A model generated the notes under the pieces. The model ran no database searches. It worked only from the letters and a program-made list of their open reading frames with translations, and was not told the DNA's origin. Positions 24,165 to 37,300 of a DNA stretch of 64,000 nucleotides are shown piece after piece. The stretch is from Octopus sinensis (lineage: Eukaryota). The stretch spans positions 4,175-68,174 of the forward strand of contig NW_021836155.1 in the NCBI RefSeq assembly GCF_006345805.1. The letters run 5' to 3'. The translations under genes were made by a program, and so were the position numbers. Each line of letters starts with the position of its first letter. Within the stretch, counting starts at the first letter, position 1.

Positions 24165-24378
24165 GGCAGTGAGCTGGCAGAGACATGAGCATGTCAGGCA
24201 AAATGCTTAGTGGTATTTCATCTGTCTTTACGTTCTGAGTTCAGATGTCACCGAGGTCATCTTTTCTTTTCATCCTTTCAGAGTCAATAAATCAAGTACT
24301 AGTTGCATACTAGGGTCAATCTAATCAACTGGCCTCCTACCCCCAAAAATTTCAGGCCTTGTGTCTAGAGTAGAAAGG
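24165..24378 (+). mobile_element. SINE family B, alternative tail
   Basis: Same structure as 7761-7976. Confidence 0.8.
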
Positions 24379-24588
24379 AATGAATGAATGAATGAATGAA
24401 TGGATGGATGGATAGATAGATAGATAGATGGCAATGTAGCAAAAGATCAATGGACAATGGCGAAGGGACATAATCACCTAGGGTTTTACCCTTAAAAACG
24501 AGGTTTTTACCCCTCCATATTTTAAAGAGGTCTCAAGCCAGCAGTGTTTGGGATCTGAAGATATGCCATAAGCCTAAACCCCACTATA

Positions 24589-24621
<33 letters not shown>

Positions 24622-24623
<2 letters not shown>

Positions 24624-25023
24624 CTATCAGTATCGCCCGGCGTTGCTCAGGTTTGTAAGGGAAATAACTATATAAGCATTTTTAGAGATGTAAAGTATAA
24701 TAGCCATCTCAATATGGCTAACCACAAAGGGGGGGGGTGTTACTGTAGCTTTTTACGTTGTGAGATTTAATAATAAATTTTTAGAGAGTTACTTACCTTA
24801 TATATGCCAAAAATGCATTAAAAAATGGGAAAAATTGATGGTAAATTTTTTTTTAAATCATAGACTCATCGTAGATGCGCGCTAATACCCAGAAGGGCTC
24901 GATATGAATCACGACTATAAGATACCCGCCTTTGGTTAAACTGCACCGCAAAATGTGGGAGTAGTTAGGAATCTAAATCGTAGGAGACAGACACCACACA
25001 ACCTCTCTTTTATATATAAAGAT
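24622..25023 (+). mobile_element. Non-autonomous Helitron/Helentron-like element (Lep1/DINE-type ends)
   Basis: 5' ACTATCAGTATCGCCCGGCGTTGCTCAGG (ACTAG plus CCCGG hairpin-like) and 3' ...GACAGACACCACACAACCTCTCTTTTATATATAAAGAT, within (TA)n. Confidence 0.55.
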
Positions 25024-25628
25024 ATATATGTATATATATATATATATATGGAGTCTATGTGTGTAAAAATATAAATATATACACACACACCATGCATATG
25101 AATATGTATATATACATGTATGCAATATGTGCACACACACACACACACACACATAGCAAGAGAGACATAGAAAGACTGAAAGATTTACATACACACACAA
25201 ATACATTTATCTGTATACGAATATACATACACACACACACATGTATATATATATATATATACACACATTTACATATAAACATGTAAGTATATGTATATAC
25301 ACATGTGTGTGTGTGAGTGTGTATGCATTCACATAGATGTACGTGTGTACATGCATATATATACTTGTGTGCTGTGAAGGAAGAGGTGTGAGAGAGTATG
25401 GTCATGGTGCAATACAGTGTACTGCAAAAGTCCTGCAGACTGTTGCCAAGTGACTGCACCAGATTTCACGCATGCTTGCACTATGATGTGTTGACAATGA
25501 TGGTGGTGGTGCATTTCAAATGGTACCCAGGTATTATTTATTGAACATGGTAATATGTATCAATATACACCTTTCGCGCACACACATATGTATGTAAGTG
25601 TGTATGTGGGTATATATATATATATATA

Positions 25629-25783
25629 TTGGCGTTAGGAAGGGCATCCAGCTGTAGAAACACTGCCAGATCTGACTGGCCTGGTGCAGCCTTCGGGCTT
25701 GCCAGACCCCAGTTGAACCGTCCAACCCATGCTAGCATGGAAAGCGGATGTTAAACGATGATGATGATGATGATGATGATGAT
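25629..25783 (+). mobile_element. Family C 3' tail only
   Basis: TTGGCGTTAGGAAGGGCATCC...TAAACGATGATGAT; 5'-truncated. Confidence 0.85.
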
Positions 25784-25907
25784 ATATATATATATATATA
25801 CAGACAAACACATAATTAAATATTTGTATATATCGTTACCATCATTATTTAAAGTCCTCCCATGTTGGCATGGATTGGACAGCTTACACACATACACACA
25901 CACAAAC

Positions 25908-26123
25908 AGAAACGTTAGCGTGCCGGGCGAAATGCGTAGCCGTATTTCGTCTGCTGTTACGTTCTGAGTTCAAATTCCGCCGAGGTCAACTTTGCCTTTC
26001 ATCCTTTCGGGGTCGATAAATAAAGTACCAGTTTCACACTGGGGTCAATGTAATCGACATAATCCCTTTGTCTGTCCTTGTTTGTCCCCTCTGTGTTTAG
26101 CCCCTTGTGGACAGTAAAGAAAT
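25908..26123 (+). mobile_element. SINE family B lacking its first ~12 nt
   Basis: Starts AGAAACGTTAGCG, ends GTAAAGAAAT. Confidence 0.85.
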
Positions 26124-26207
26124 ATATATATATATATTCTCAGATGTAGATGTATAGATACATATATATATATATGTATATATATGTGTGTGTGTGTTAT
26201 TATAAGT

Positions 26208-26260
<53 letters not shown>

Positions 26261-27630
26261 TCACAAGATGTATGTGTAGAGAAACACACAAGTATGGATT
26301 ATATGCATATACACACACACACACACGTGTGTTATGCATTTGTGGGCGAGATAGAAAAGGAAAAAAACAACCTCGAAGACAGCACACACACACACACATA
26401 CAAACACACACATACACATCAAAGTCAAAGACGAACACACCACACACACACACACCACACACAAATAACTTAATCAAGAAGACATACAACACAAATTGAA
26501 ATTAATACAAAGAGAAAGAAAATATAATGAAATGAAAATTATAAGAACAACAAAAAAAAGCAACAGTAAAGTGAAAGTAAAAGCAAAATAAAATAAAACA
26601 CAAAAAATCAAAACACACACACACACACACACACACAGACACACACACAGACACACACATGTCTATTATTTATACTGTAGTTGTTGCTTTTGTGTTGTTT
26701 TTGTTTTTGTTGTTGCTCTTAATTCGTGTCAAAAAGTAATTAACACTGCGTGAAGGTGGTAGGGTGGGGGTAAGGTTAGACACTGAGGCTAGGGTGGGGT
26801 GGGTGATGTGCGGCTGTGGGCATGTATCTGTGTGTGTGTGTGCAGTTGGTGGTGGTGGTGTTGGTAGCAAACTACAATGCTGCAATATTGAGAACATGCT
26901 TCAAAAGCTTTACATATATACATGAGTGTGTGCACATGTGTGTGTGTGTATGCATATATATATGTGTGTATATGTATATGTGTGTATATGTATATGTGTG
27001 TATATATATATATGTATACATTTATATATATATGTATGTATCAAATGGATGTGTTATAAAACTGTTCCGCACATACAATAACAGCCATACCAACAATCCA
27101 GCATACCTCCATCATCAGCTGCCTCACGGATATCATTGTGGTTTTGACACTTGGGCAGTACCACTCAATCCAGCAGTGTCAACAGCACTAAAATAAGTGT
27201 TGTTTGGGAACAACACACCTAAGATGTCACCACATTCATTCAATCTTAATTCTAGGAAGGATTAAACACTAATTTTATTAATTAGACTACAACAAAGGAA
27301 CACATTTACCCTATGTACAAAAACAGTATCAGTAAATAAATTCAATTAGTAAATCTATAACTAACTCCTTAATTATCTAACTTAATAGCAACCTAGCCCT
27401 TGAAGTCCATACAGATAATATCCCCACTAGTCTTCCATAATTATTAATACAAACGTGAAAGTTTTAATATTCTATTCTTTCCAAAACAAAAACAAATTCG
27501 ATTGAACTTTACTAATAATATAACTAATTCTAAGTTAATAATTAAAACACTCCATGCATATTAAATATCCATTAGCCTTACATGCTTTAATGTTGAACTT
27601 ATGCCAGAAATGTATATATATGTATATATA

Positions 27631-27980
27631 TCATCATCATCATCGTTTAACATCCGCCTTCCATGCTAGCATGGGTTGGACGGTTCAACTGGGGTCTGGG
27701 AAACCAGAAGCCTGCACTAGGCCCAGTCTCACCTGGCAGTGTTTCTACAGCTGGATGCCCTTTCTAACGCCAACCACTCCGTGAGTGTAGTGGGTGCTTT
27801 TTACGTGCCAGACGAGGCTGGCAACGGCCACGATCGGATGGTGCTTTTTACATGCCACCGGCATGGAGGCAAGTCAGGGTGGTGCAGGCAACAGCTACGT
27901 TCGGATGGTCCTCTTACGTGCCACTGGCACTAGTATCTTAACTACAATTTCCATTGATGTTGATCGATTTTGATTTTGAT
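27631..27980 (-). mobile_element. Family C retroposon
   Basis: (CAT)n, reverse tail, two internal units, and ATTTCCATTGATGTTGATCG 5' end. Confidence 0.85.
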
Positions 27981-28012
<32 letters not shown>

Positions 28013-28468
28013 GTGTGTGTGTGTGTATACATATATGCATATTGGTCATATGTTGGGTAGCTTTCAAAGTGGAAGAAAGTGAAGGAAGAAGGCCAAGATG
28101 GATCGAAGACTGTGCAAAGGTTTGTGTCCAGTGATAAGGGCATGCGATCCTTCACTACCCAACTGAATTTATCTGTTACTCGTCCAGCGGCAAGGAGGCA
28201 ATCCAGGATGAATGGTGTTGGGGGCAAGTTGCAGCAAGCTGCCGCATCCGTGGGTATTAGCCAACTGATGTTCATATTGGTAGAGAGAGAAAGAGATAGA
28301 CAGGCCAACAGATAGACAGACAGATAAATAGATAATATAGATAGATACATACATACATAGAGAAGTAGGTAGGTAGGTAGGTAGATAGATAGATGGATGG
28401 ATGGATGGATGGATGGATGGATGGATGGATGGATGGATGGATGGAGATAGATAGATAGATAGATAGAT

Positions 28469-28550
28469 AACTTTCTTTATTTGCCACACAGGGCTGAACG
28501 CAAAGGGACAAATACAAATGTAGAACTTTTCTTTTCGAAAATGATTCTTT
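28469..28550 (-). mobile_element. Tx1-like LINE extreme 3' end in (GATA)n/(GACA)n
   Basis: CTTTCTTTATTTGCCACACAGGGCTG matches 62113-62142; tetranucleotide repeats on both sides. Confidence 0.6.
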
Positions 28551-28648
28551 ATAGACAGGCAGGCAGACAGGCAGACTGACAGGGAAATGGACAGACAGAT
28601 AGATAGATAAATGAGGAAACATACAGAAGACAGACAGACAGACAGACC

Positions 28649-28701
<53 letters not shown>

Positions 28702-28728
28702 GTAGATACATAGATAGGTAGGTAGGTG

Positions 28729-28761
<33 letters not shown>

Positions 28762-28877
28762 GGAAACAGATAGACAGAGAGATAAGTAGATAGACAAACA
28801 GATAGATGGCTGGATTAGGTAGAGAGATATGTATGTGTGTGTAAAATCCATGTTGACTGCGGCAGTTAAGTTTCACC

Positions 28878-28893
28878 TATTGACTTAATAGCA

Positions 28894-28978
<85 letters not shown>

Positions 28979-28992
28979 ACACACACACACAC
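28878..28992. repeat. (CA)n microsatellite
   Basis: About 55 near-perfect units. Confidence 0.95.
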
Positions 28993-29393
28993 ATGCTTAT
29001 GTATCTGAGAACCGACTGATCACTGAGATAAAAGTGCTTTTTATATTGCTTTCTTCTATGCTAAAATAAATAATCTATTCCAACTTCTGCTGCTAAATTA
29101 CTTTTGTCATCGTGGCTGGCCTTTTGCGATAAATTCCGTCAGATCAAAGAGAGACACTTAATCACAAAAGGCAAAAAATGGGTCCATATCAATTTTTTTT
29201 CACCAGTGTGGTCACTTCTACTCCATCTTACCCCCAACTGCATATTCCTGAGCAAACCTAGAGCAAAGCAAGAACCTGACCTTGTACATTCCTTTATGAT
29301 GGCAATTAATACCATTATAATAGCACTTTCTCTTGGACCATCATACCCTTCGTCTCATCTGTGTGTGTGGTGTGTGTGTGTGTATTTATATAC

Positions 29394-29843
29394 AGATGCA
29401 GGCAAGGCTGTGTGGTAAGAAGCTTGCATCCCAACCACATGGACCCAGGTTCAGTCCCACTGTGTGGCATGTAGGGTTAGTGTTTTCTGCCATAGCCCCA
29501 GGCTGACCAAAGCATTGTGAGTGAAATTTGATAGACAGAAACTGAAAGAAGCCCATTGTACATAAATCATCATCATCATCATCGTTTAGCATCCGCTTTC
29601 CATGCTAGCATGGGTTGGACGGTTCAACTGGGGTCTGGGAAGCCAGAAGGCTGCACCAGGCCCAGTCTCATCTGGCAATGTTTCTACAGCTGGATGCCCT
29701 TCCTAACGCCAACCACTCCATGAGTGTAGTGGGTGCTTTTTACGTGCCTTCGGAACAGGTGCCAGACGGGGCTGGCAAATGGCCACGATCGGATGGTGCT
29801 TTTTATGTGCCACCGGCACGGGGGCCAGGCGAGGCTGGCAATA
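29394..29843. mobile_element. SINE A head (+) joined to family C (-)
   Basis: A head to 29560, then (CAT)n and antisense family C. Confidence 0.8.
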
Positions 29844-30279
29844 CATATATATAGATAGATAGATAGATAGGATTATATACATATATATATAGATAGATGG
29901 AATCACTCAAGTTCATTCTGACAAACAATTATTTCCTCTTCGATAACACACACTACCGTCAAAAATGTGGTAATGCGTGTGTTTTTATTGGCTAAACTGG
30001 CAAAATGACCATTCCGAAATCTAACAATATCTGTTTCAACACACGACTTCACATAAAAAATCTTGCACAACAAATATATAAATTATTATTATTATTATTA
30101 TTAATTTCATTCATCATGCAAAAGGATGTGTGTATTCGCCATTATACTATTTATTTTATTCAACTTTAGAAAAATTGAAGCATGTCTTAATTTCGGAACA
30201 TATTGAACTTATTCTGAGTGTGATTTTTAGCCCACCCTACGTGTGTGTGTGTGTGCGTGTGTGTGTGAATACATACATA

Positions 30280-30451
30280 CAGGTGCAGGAGTGGCTGTGT
30301 GGTAAGTAGGTTGCTAACCAACCACATGGTTCCGGGTTCAGTCCCACTGCGTGGCATCTTGGGCAAGTGTCTCTGCTATAGCCCCGGGCCAACCAATGCC
30401 TTGTGAGTGGATTTGGTAGGTGGAAACTGAAAGAAGCCTGTCATATATATG

Positions 30452-30493
<42 letters not shown>

Positions 30494-30696
30494 TGTGTTT
30501 GTCCCCCTAGCATTGCTTGACAACCGATGCTGGTGTGTTTACGTCCCCGTCACTTAGCGGTTCGGCAATAGAGACTGATAGAATAAGTACTGGGCTTACA
30601 AAGAATAAGTCCCGGGGTCGATTTGCTCGACTAGAGGCGGTGCTCCAGCATGGCCGCAGTCAATGACAAGTAAAAGAGTAAAAGAGTAAAAGAGTA
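30280..30696 (+). mobile_element. SINE family A, full length
   Basis: Complete match. Confidence 0.9.
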
Positions 30697-31121
30697 TATA
30701 GGCACACATCATATATTTACTTTCCTGACATACGTATAGAAATATTATACATGTATATATATATTTGCACACACACAACACATTCATACACTTTATATAT
30801 ATCTGTGTGTGTCTGTGTGTGCGTGTGTTTGTGTGTGTGTGTGCGTGTACATGCATGTGTATTGATTGATGAACAGACAGTGGATGTTGCTAGTATTACT
30901 AGCAGCAAAATCCTTCTCCGGTTATCACAATGCCGTTCCTCTTTTGTCTTGTGTTGAAGTCTATTAACGCACTTGGCTGGACATCTTTTCACATGTACAT
31001 TGACCCAACAGAACATTAGTAATTGGTATCAGTATTAATAATCCATTATGTGCTAACATGCAGCCATGTATAAGAAGCTCGCTGGCCATGAAAGTGATCT
31101 CATAAATTCTCGCCTTTCCAG

Positions 31122-31309
31122 GTGTTTGCAAGTCTGATTCCTGGCCTGAGAAAGACAGTTCAGCAATTACTCGCTTAGCAACCTTCGCAGATGGCTTGCT
31201 TCCCACAGCCAAACATGCAGCTATGTTTTCTCACAGAAGGCAGGACACAAACCACCCCACTTATATGACGATGATACCCGTTTACAACCATCAAATGATG
31301 TCTGTTTAA
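31122..31309 (+). CDS. Candidate terminal coding exon of an unidentified gene
   Basis: Pyrimidine-rich acceptor TTCTCGCCTTTCCAG|G, then a phase-1 open frame of 61 non-repetitive codons (VCKSDSWPEKDSSAITRLATFADGLLPTAKHAAMFSHRRQDTNHPTYMTMIPVYNHQMMSV*); no homologue recognised. Confidence 0.25.
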
Positions 31310-31345
31310 TTGCACACAGAAACACATACACACACAATCCAAGGT

Positions 31346-34300
31346 TGCACATAAAAAGCACTGTTGCTGGTGCCATGTAAAAAGCACTGGTGCCGGTGCC
31401 ACATAAAAAGCACTGTTGCTGGTGCCATGTAAAAAGCACTGGTGCTGGTGCCATGTAAAAAGCACTGGTGCTGGTGCCATGTAAAAAGCACTGGTGCTGG
31501 TGCCATGTAAAAAGCACTGGTGCTGGTGCCATGTAAAAAGCACTGGTGCTGGTGCCATGTAAAAAGCACTGGTGCTGGTGCCATGTAAAAAGCACTGGTG
31601 CTGGTGCCATGTAAAAAGCACTGGTGCTGGTGCCATGTAAAAAGCACTGGTGCTGGTGCCATGTAAAAAGCACTGGTGCTGGTGCCATGTAAAAAGCACT
31701 GGTGCTGGTGCCATGTAAAAAGCACCAGTGCTGGTGCCATGTAAAAAGCACTGGTGCTGGTGCCATGTAAAAAGCACTGGTGCTGGTGCCATGTAAAAAG
31801 CACTGGTGCTGGTGCCATGTAAAAAGCACTGGTGCTGGTGCCATGTAAAAAGCACTGGTGCTGGTGCCATGTAAAAAGCACCAGTGCTGGTGCCATGTAA
31901 AAAGCACTGGTGCTGGTGCCATGTAAAAAGCACTGGTGCTGGTGCCATGTAAAAAGCACTGGTGCTGGTGCCATGTAAAAAGCACCAGTGCTGGTGCCAG
32001 TTAAAAAGCACTGGGCTGGTGCCATGTAAAAAGCACTGGTGCTGGTGCCATGTAAAAAGCACTGGTGCTGGTGCCACGTAAAAAGCACTGGTGCTGGTGC
32101 CATGTAAAAAGCATGGTGCTGGTGCCATGTAAAAGCACTGGTCTGGTGCCACGTAAAAAGCACTGGTGCTGGTGCCATGTAAAAAGCACTGGTGCTGGTG
32201 CCATGTAAAAAGCACTGGTTCTGGTGCCATGTAAAAAGCACTGGTGCTGGTGCCATGTAAAAAGCACCAGTGCTGGTGCCATGTAAAAAGCACTGGTGCT
32301 GGTGCCATGTAAAAAGCACTGGTGCTGGTGCCACGTAAAAAGCACTGGTTCTGGTGCCATGTAAAAAGCACTGGTTCTGGTGCCATGTAAAAAGCACTGG
32401 TTCTGGTGCCATGTAAAAAGCACTGGTTCTGGTGCCATGTAAAAAGCACTGGTTCTGGTGCCAGGTAAAAAGCACTGGTGCTGGTGCCACGTAAAAAGCA
32501 CTGGTTCTGGTGCCAGGTAAAAAGCACTGGTGCTGGTGCCATGTAAAAAGCACTGGTTCTGGTGCCATGTAAAAAGCACTGGTGCTGGTGCCATGTAAAA
32601 AGCACTGGTTCTGGTGCCACGTAAAAAGCACTGGTGCTGGTGCCAGGTAAAAAGCACTGGTGCTGGTGCCGTAAAAAAGCACTGGTTCTGGTGCCATGTA
32701 AAAAGCACTGGTGCGGTGCCATGTAAAAAGCACTGGTGCAGTGCCATGTAAAAAGCACTGGTGCTGGTGCCATGTAAAAAGCACTGGTTCTGGTGCCACG
32801 TAAAAAGCACTGGTGCTGGTGCCAGGTAAAAAGCACTGGTGCTGGTGCCATGTAAAAAGCACTGGTGCTGGTGCCACGTAAAAAGCACTGGTGCTGGTGC
32901 CATGTAAAAAGCACTGGTGCTGGTGCCATGTAAAAAGCACTGGTTCTGGTGCCACGTAAAAAGCACTGGTGCTGGTGCCATGTAAAAAGCACTGGTGCTG
33001 GTGCCATGTAAAAAGCACTGGTGCTGGTGCCACGTAAAAAGCACTGGTGCTGGTGCCATGTAAAAAGCACTGGTGCTGGTGCCATGTAAAAAGCACTGGT
33101 TCTGGTGCCACGTAAAAAGCACTGGTGCTGGTGCCACGTAAAAAGCACTGGTGCTGGTGCCATGTAAAAAGCACTGGTTCTGGTGCCATGTAAAAAGCAC
33201 TGGTGCTGGTGCCATGTAAAAAGCACCAGTGCTGGTGCCATGTAAAAGCACTGGTGCTGGTGCCATGTAAAAAGCACTGGTGCTGGTGCCACGTAAAAAG
33301 CACTGTTCTGGTGCCATGTAAAAGCACTGGTTCTGGTGCCATGTAAAAAGCACTGGTCTGGTGCCATGTAAAAAGCACTGGTTCTGGTGCCATGTAAAAA
33401 GCACTGGTCTGGTGCCATGTAAAAAGCACTGGTGCTGGTGCCACGTAAAAAGCACTGGTTCTGGTGCCATGTAAAAAGCACTGGTGTGGTGCCATGTAAA
33501 TAGCACTGGTTCTGGTGCCATGTAAAAAGCACTGGTGCTGGTGCCATGTAAAAAGCACTGGTGCTGGTGCCACGTAAAAAGCACTGGTGCTGGTGCCAGG
33601 TAAAAAGCACTGGTGCTGGTGCCATGTAAAAAGCACTGGTTCTGGTGCCATGTAAAAAGCACTGGTGCTGGTGCCATGTAAAAAGCACTGGTTCTGGTGC
33701 CATGTAAAAAGCACTGGTGCTGGTGCCACGTAAAAAGCACTGGTGCTGGTGCCATGTAAAAAGCACTGGTGCTGGTGCATGTAAAAAGCACTGGTTCTGG
33801 TGCCCATAAAAAGCACTGGTGCTGGTGCCATGTAAAAGCACTGGTGCTGGTGCCATGTAAAAAGCACTGGTTCTGGTGGTGCCATGTAAAAAGCACTAGT
33901 GCTGGTGCCATGTAAAAAGCACTGGTGCCAGTGCCACGTAAAAAGCACTGGTGCTGGTGCCATGTAAAAAGCACTGGTTCTGGTGCCACGTAAAAAGCAC
34001 TGGTGCTGGTGCCAGGTAAAAAGCACTGGTGCTGGTGCCATGTAAATAGCACTGGTTCTGGTGCCATGTAAAAAGCACTGGTGCTGGTGCCATGTAAAAA
34101 GCACTGGTTCTGGTGCCATGTAAAAAGCACTGGTGCTGGTGCCAAGTAAAAAGCACTGGTGCTGGTGCCAGGTAAAAAGCACTGGTGCTGGTGCCAGGTA
34201 AAAAGCACTGGTTCTGGTGCCACATAAAAAGCACTGGTGCTGGTGCCATGTAAAAAGCACTGGTGCTGGTGCCATGTAAAAAGCACTGGTTCTGGTGCCA

Positions 34301-37300
34301 TGTAAAAAGCACTAGTGCTGGTGCCATGTAAAAAGCACTGGTGCCAGTGCCACGTAAAAAGCACTGGTGCTAGTGCCATGTAAAAAGCACTGGTGCTGGT
34401 GCCAAGTAAAAAGCACTGGTGCTGGTGCCATGTAAAAAGCACTGGTTCTGGTGCCACGTAAAAAGCACTGTGCTGGTGCCATGTAAAAAGCCTGGTGCTG
34501 GTGCCATGTAAAAAGCACTGGTCTGGTGCCATGTAAAAAGCACTGTGCTGGTGCCAGGTAAAAAGCACTGGTTCTGGTGCCACATAAAAACACTGGTCCA
34601 GTGCCACGTAAAAAGCACTGGTGCCAGTGCCACGTAAAAAGCACTGGTGCCAGTGCCACGTAAAAAGCACTGGTGCTGGTGCCATGTAAAAAGCACTGGT
34701 GCTGGTGCCATGTAAAAAGCACTGGTTCTGGTGCCATGTAAAAAGCACTGGTGCTGGTGCCAGGTAAAAAGCACTGGTGCTGGTGCCAGGTAAAAAGCAC
34801 TGGTGCCAGTGCCACGTAAAAAGCACTGGTGCCAGTGCCACGTAAAAAGCACTGGTGCTGGTGCCATGTAAAAAGCACTGGTGCTGGTGCCATGTAAAAA
34901 GCACTGGTGCTGGTGCCATGTAAAAAGCACTGGTGCCAGTGCCACGTAAAAAGCACTGGTGCTGGTGCCATGTAAAAAGCACTGGTGCTGGTGCCATGTA
35001 AAAAGCACTGGTGCCAGTGCCACGTAAAAAGCACTGGTGCTGGTGCCAAGTAAAAAGCACTGGTTCTGGTGCCATGTAAAAAGCACTGGTGCTGGTGCCA
35101 GGTAAAAAGCACTGGTGCTGGTGCCATGTAAAAAGCACTGGTGCCAGTGCCACGTAAAAAGCACTGGTGCTGGTGCCATGTAAAAAGCACTGGTGCTGGT
35201 GCCATGTAAAAAGCACTGGTGCCAGTGCCACGTAAAAAGCACTGGTGCTGGTGCCATGTAAAAAGCACTGGTGCTGGTGCCAGGTAAAAAGCACTGGTGC
35301 TGGTGCCATGTAAAAAGCACTGGTGCCAGTGCCACGTAAAAGCACTGGTGCTGGTGGCCATGTAAAAAGCACTGGTGCTGGTGCCATGTAAAAAGCACTG
35401 GTGCCAGTCCGAACGTAAAAAGCACTGGTGCTGGTGCCATGTAAAAAGCACTGGTGCCAGTGCCACGTAAAAAGCACTGGTGCTGGTGCCATGTAAAAAG
35501 CACTGGTGCTGGTGCCATGTAAAAAGCACTGGTTCTGGTGCCATGTAAAAAGCACTGGTGCTGGTGCCAGGTAAAAAGCACTGGTGCTGGTGCCAGGTAA
35601 AAAGCACTGGTTCTGGTGCCACATAAAAAACACTGGTGCCATGCCACTTAAAAAGCACTGGTGCCAGTGCCACGTAAAAGCACTGGTGCCAGTGCCACGT
35701 AAAAAGCACTGGTGCTGGTGCCATGTAAAAAGCACTGGTGCTGGTGCCATGTAAAAAGCACTGGTTCTGGTGCCATGTAAAAAGCACTGGTGCTGGTGCC
35801 ATGTAAAAAGCACTGGTGCTGGTGCCAGTAAAAAGCAACTGGTGCCAGTGTGCCACGTAAAAAGCACTGGTGCCAGTGCCACGTAAAAAGCACTGGTGCT
35901 GGTGCCATGTAAAAAGCACTGGTGCTGGTGCCATGTAAAAAGCACTGGCTGGTGCCATGTAAAAAAGCACACTGGTGCCAGTGCCACGTAAAAAGCACTG
36001 GTGCTGGTGCCATGTAAAAAGCACTGGTGCTGGTGCATGTAAAAAGCACTGGTGCCAGTGCCACGTAAAAAGCACTGGTGCTGGTGCCAAGTAAAAAGCA
36101 CTGGTTCTGGTGCCATGTAAAAAGCACTGGTGCTGGTGCCAGGTAAAAAGCACTGGTGCTGGTGCCATGTAAAAAGCACTGGTGCCAGTGCCACGTAAAA
36201 AGCACTGGTGCTGGTGCCATGTAAAAAGCACTGGTGCTGGTGCCATGTAAAAAGCACTGGTGCCAGTGCCACGTAAAAAGCACTGGTGCTGGTGCCATGT
36301 AAAAAGCACTGGTGTGGTGCCAGGTAAAAAGCACTGGTGCTGGTGCCATGTAAAAAGCACTGGTGCCAGTGCCACGTAAAAAGCACTGGTGCTGGTGCCA
36401 TGTAAAAGCACTGGTGCTGGTGCCATGTAAAAAGCACTGGTGCCAGTGCCACGTAAAAAGCACTGGTGCTGGTGCCATGTAAAAGCACTGGTGCCAGTGC
36501 CACGTAAAAAGCACTGGTGTGGTGCCATGTAAAAAGCACTGGTGCTGGTGCCATGTAAAAAGCACTGGTGCCAGTGCCACGTAAAAAGCACTGGTGCTGG
36601 TGCCAAGTAAAAAGCACTGGTTCTGGTGCCATGTAAAAAGCACTGGTGCTGGTGCCAGGTAAAAAGCACTGGTGCTGGTGCCATGTAAAAAGCACTGGTG
36701 CTGGTGCCATGTAAAAAGCACTGGTGCCAGTGCCACGTAAAAAGCACTGGTGCTGGTGCCAAGTAAAAAGCACTGGTGCTGGTGCCATGTAAAAAGCACT
36801 GGTGCTGGTGCCAGGTAAAAAGCACTGGTGCTGGTGCCAGGTAAAAAGCACTGGTTCTGGTGCCACATAAAAAGCACTGGTGCCAGTACCACGTAAAAAG
36901 CACTGGTTCTGGTGCCACGTAAAAAGCACTGGTGCTGGTGCCATGTAAAAAGAACTGGTGCTGGTGCCAAGTAAAAAGCACTGGTGCTGGTGCCATGTAA
37001 AAAGCACTGGTTCTGGTGCCACGTAAAAAGCACTGGTGCTGGTGCCATGTAAAAAGCACTGGTGCTGGTGCCAGGTAAAAAGCACTGGTTCTGGTGCCAC
37101 GTAAAAAGCACTGGTGCCAGTGCCACGTAAAAAGCACTGGTGCCAGTGCCACGTAAAAAGCACTGGTGCCAGTGCCACGTAAAAAGCACTGGTGCTGGTG
37201 CCAAGTAAAAAGCACTGGTGCTGGTGCCATGTAAAAAGCACTGGTTCTGGTTCCACGTAAAAAGCACTGGTGCCAGTGCCACGTAAAAAGCACTGGTGCT

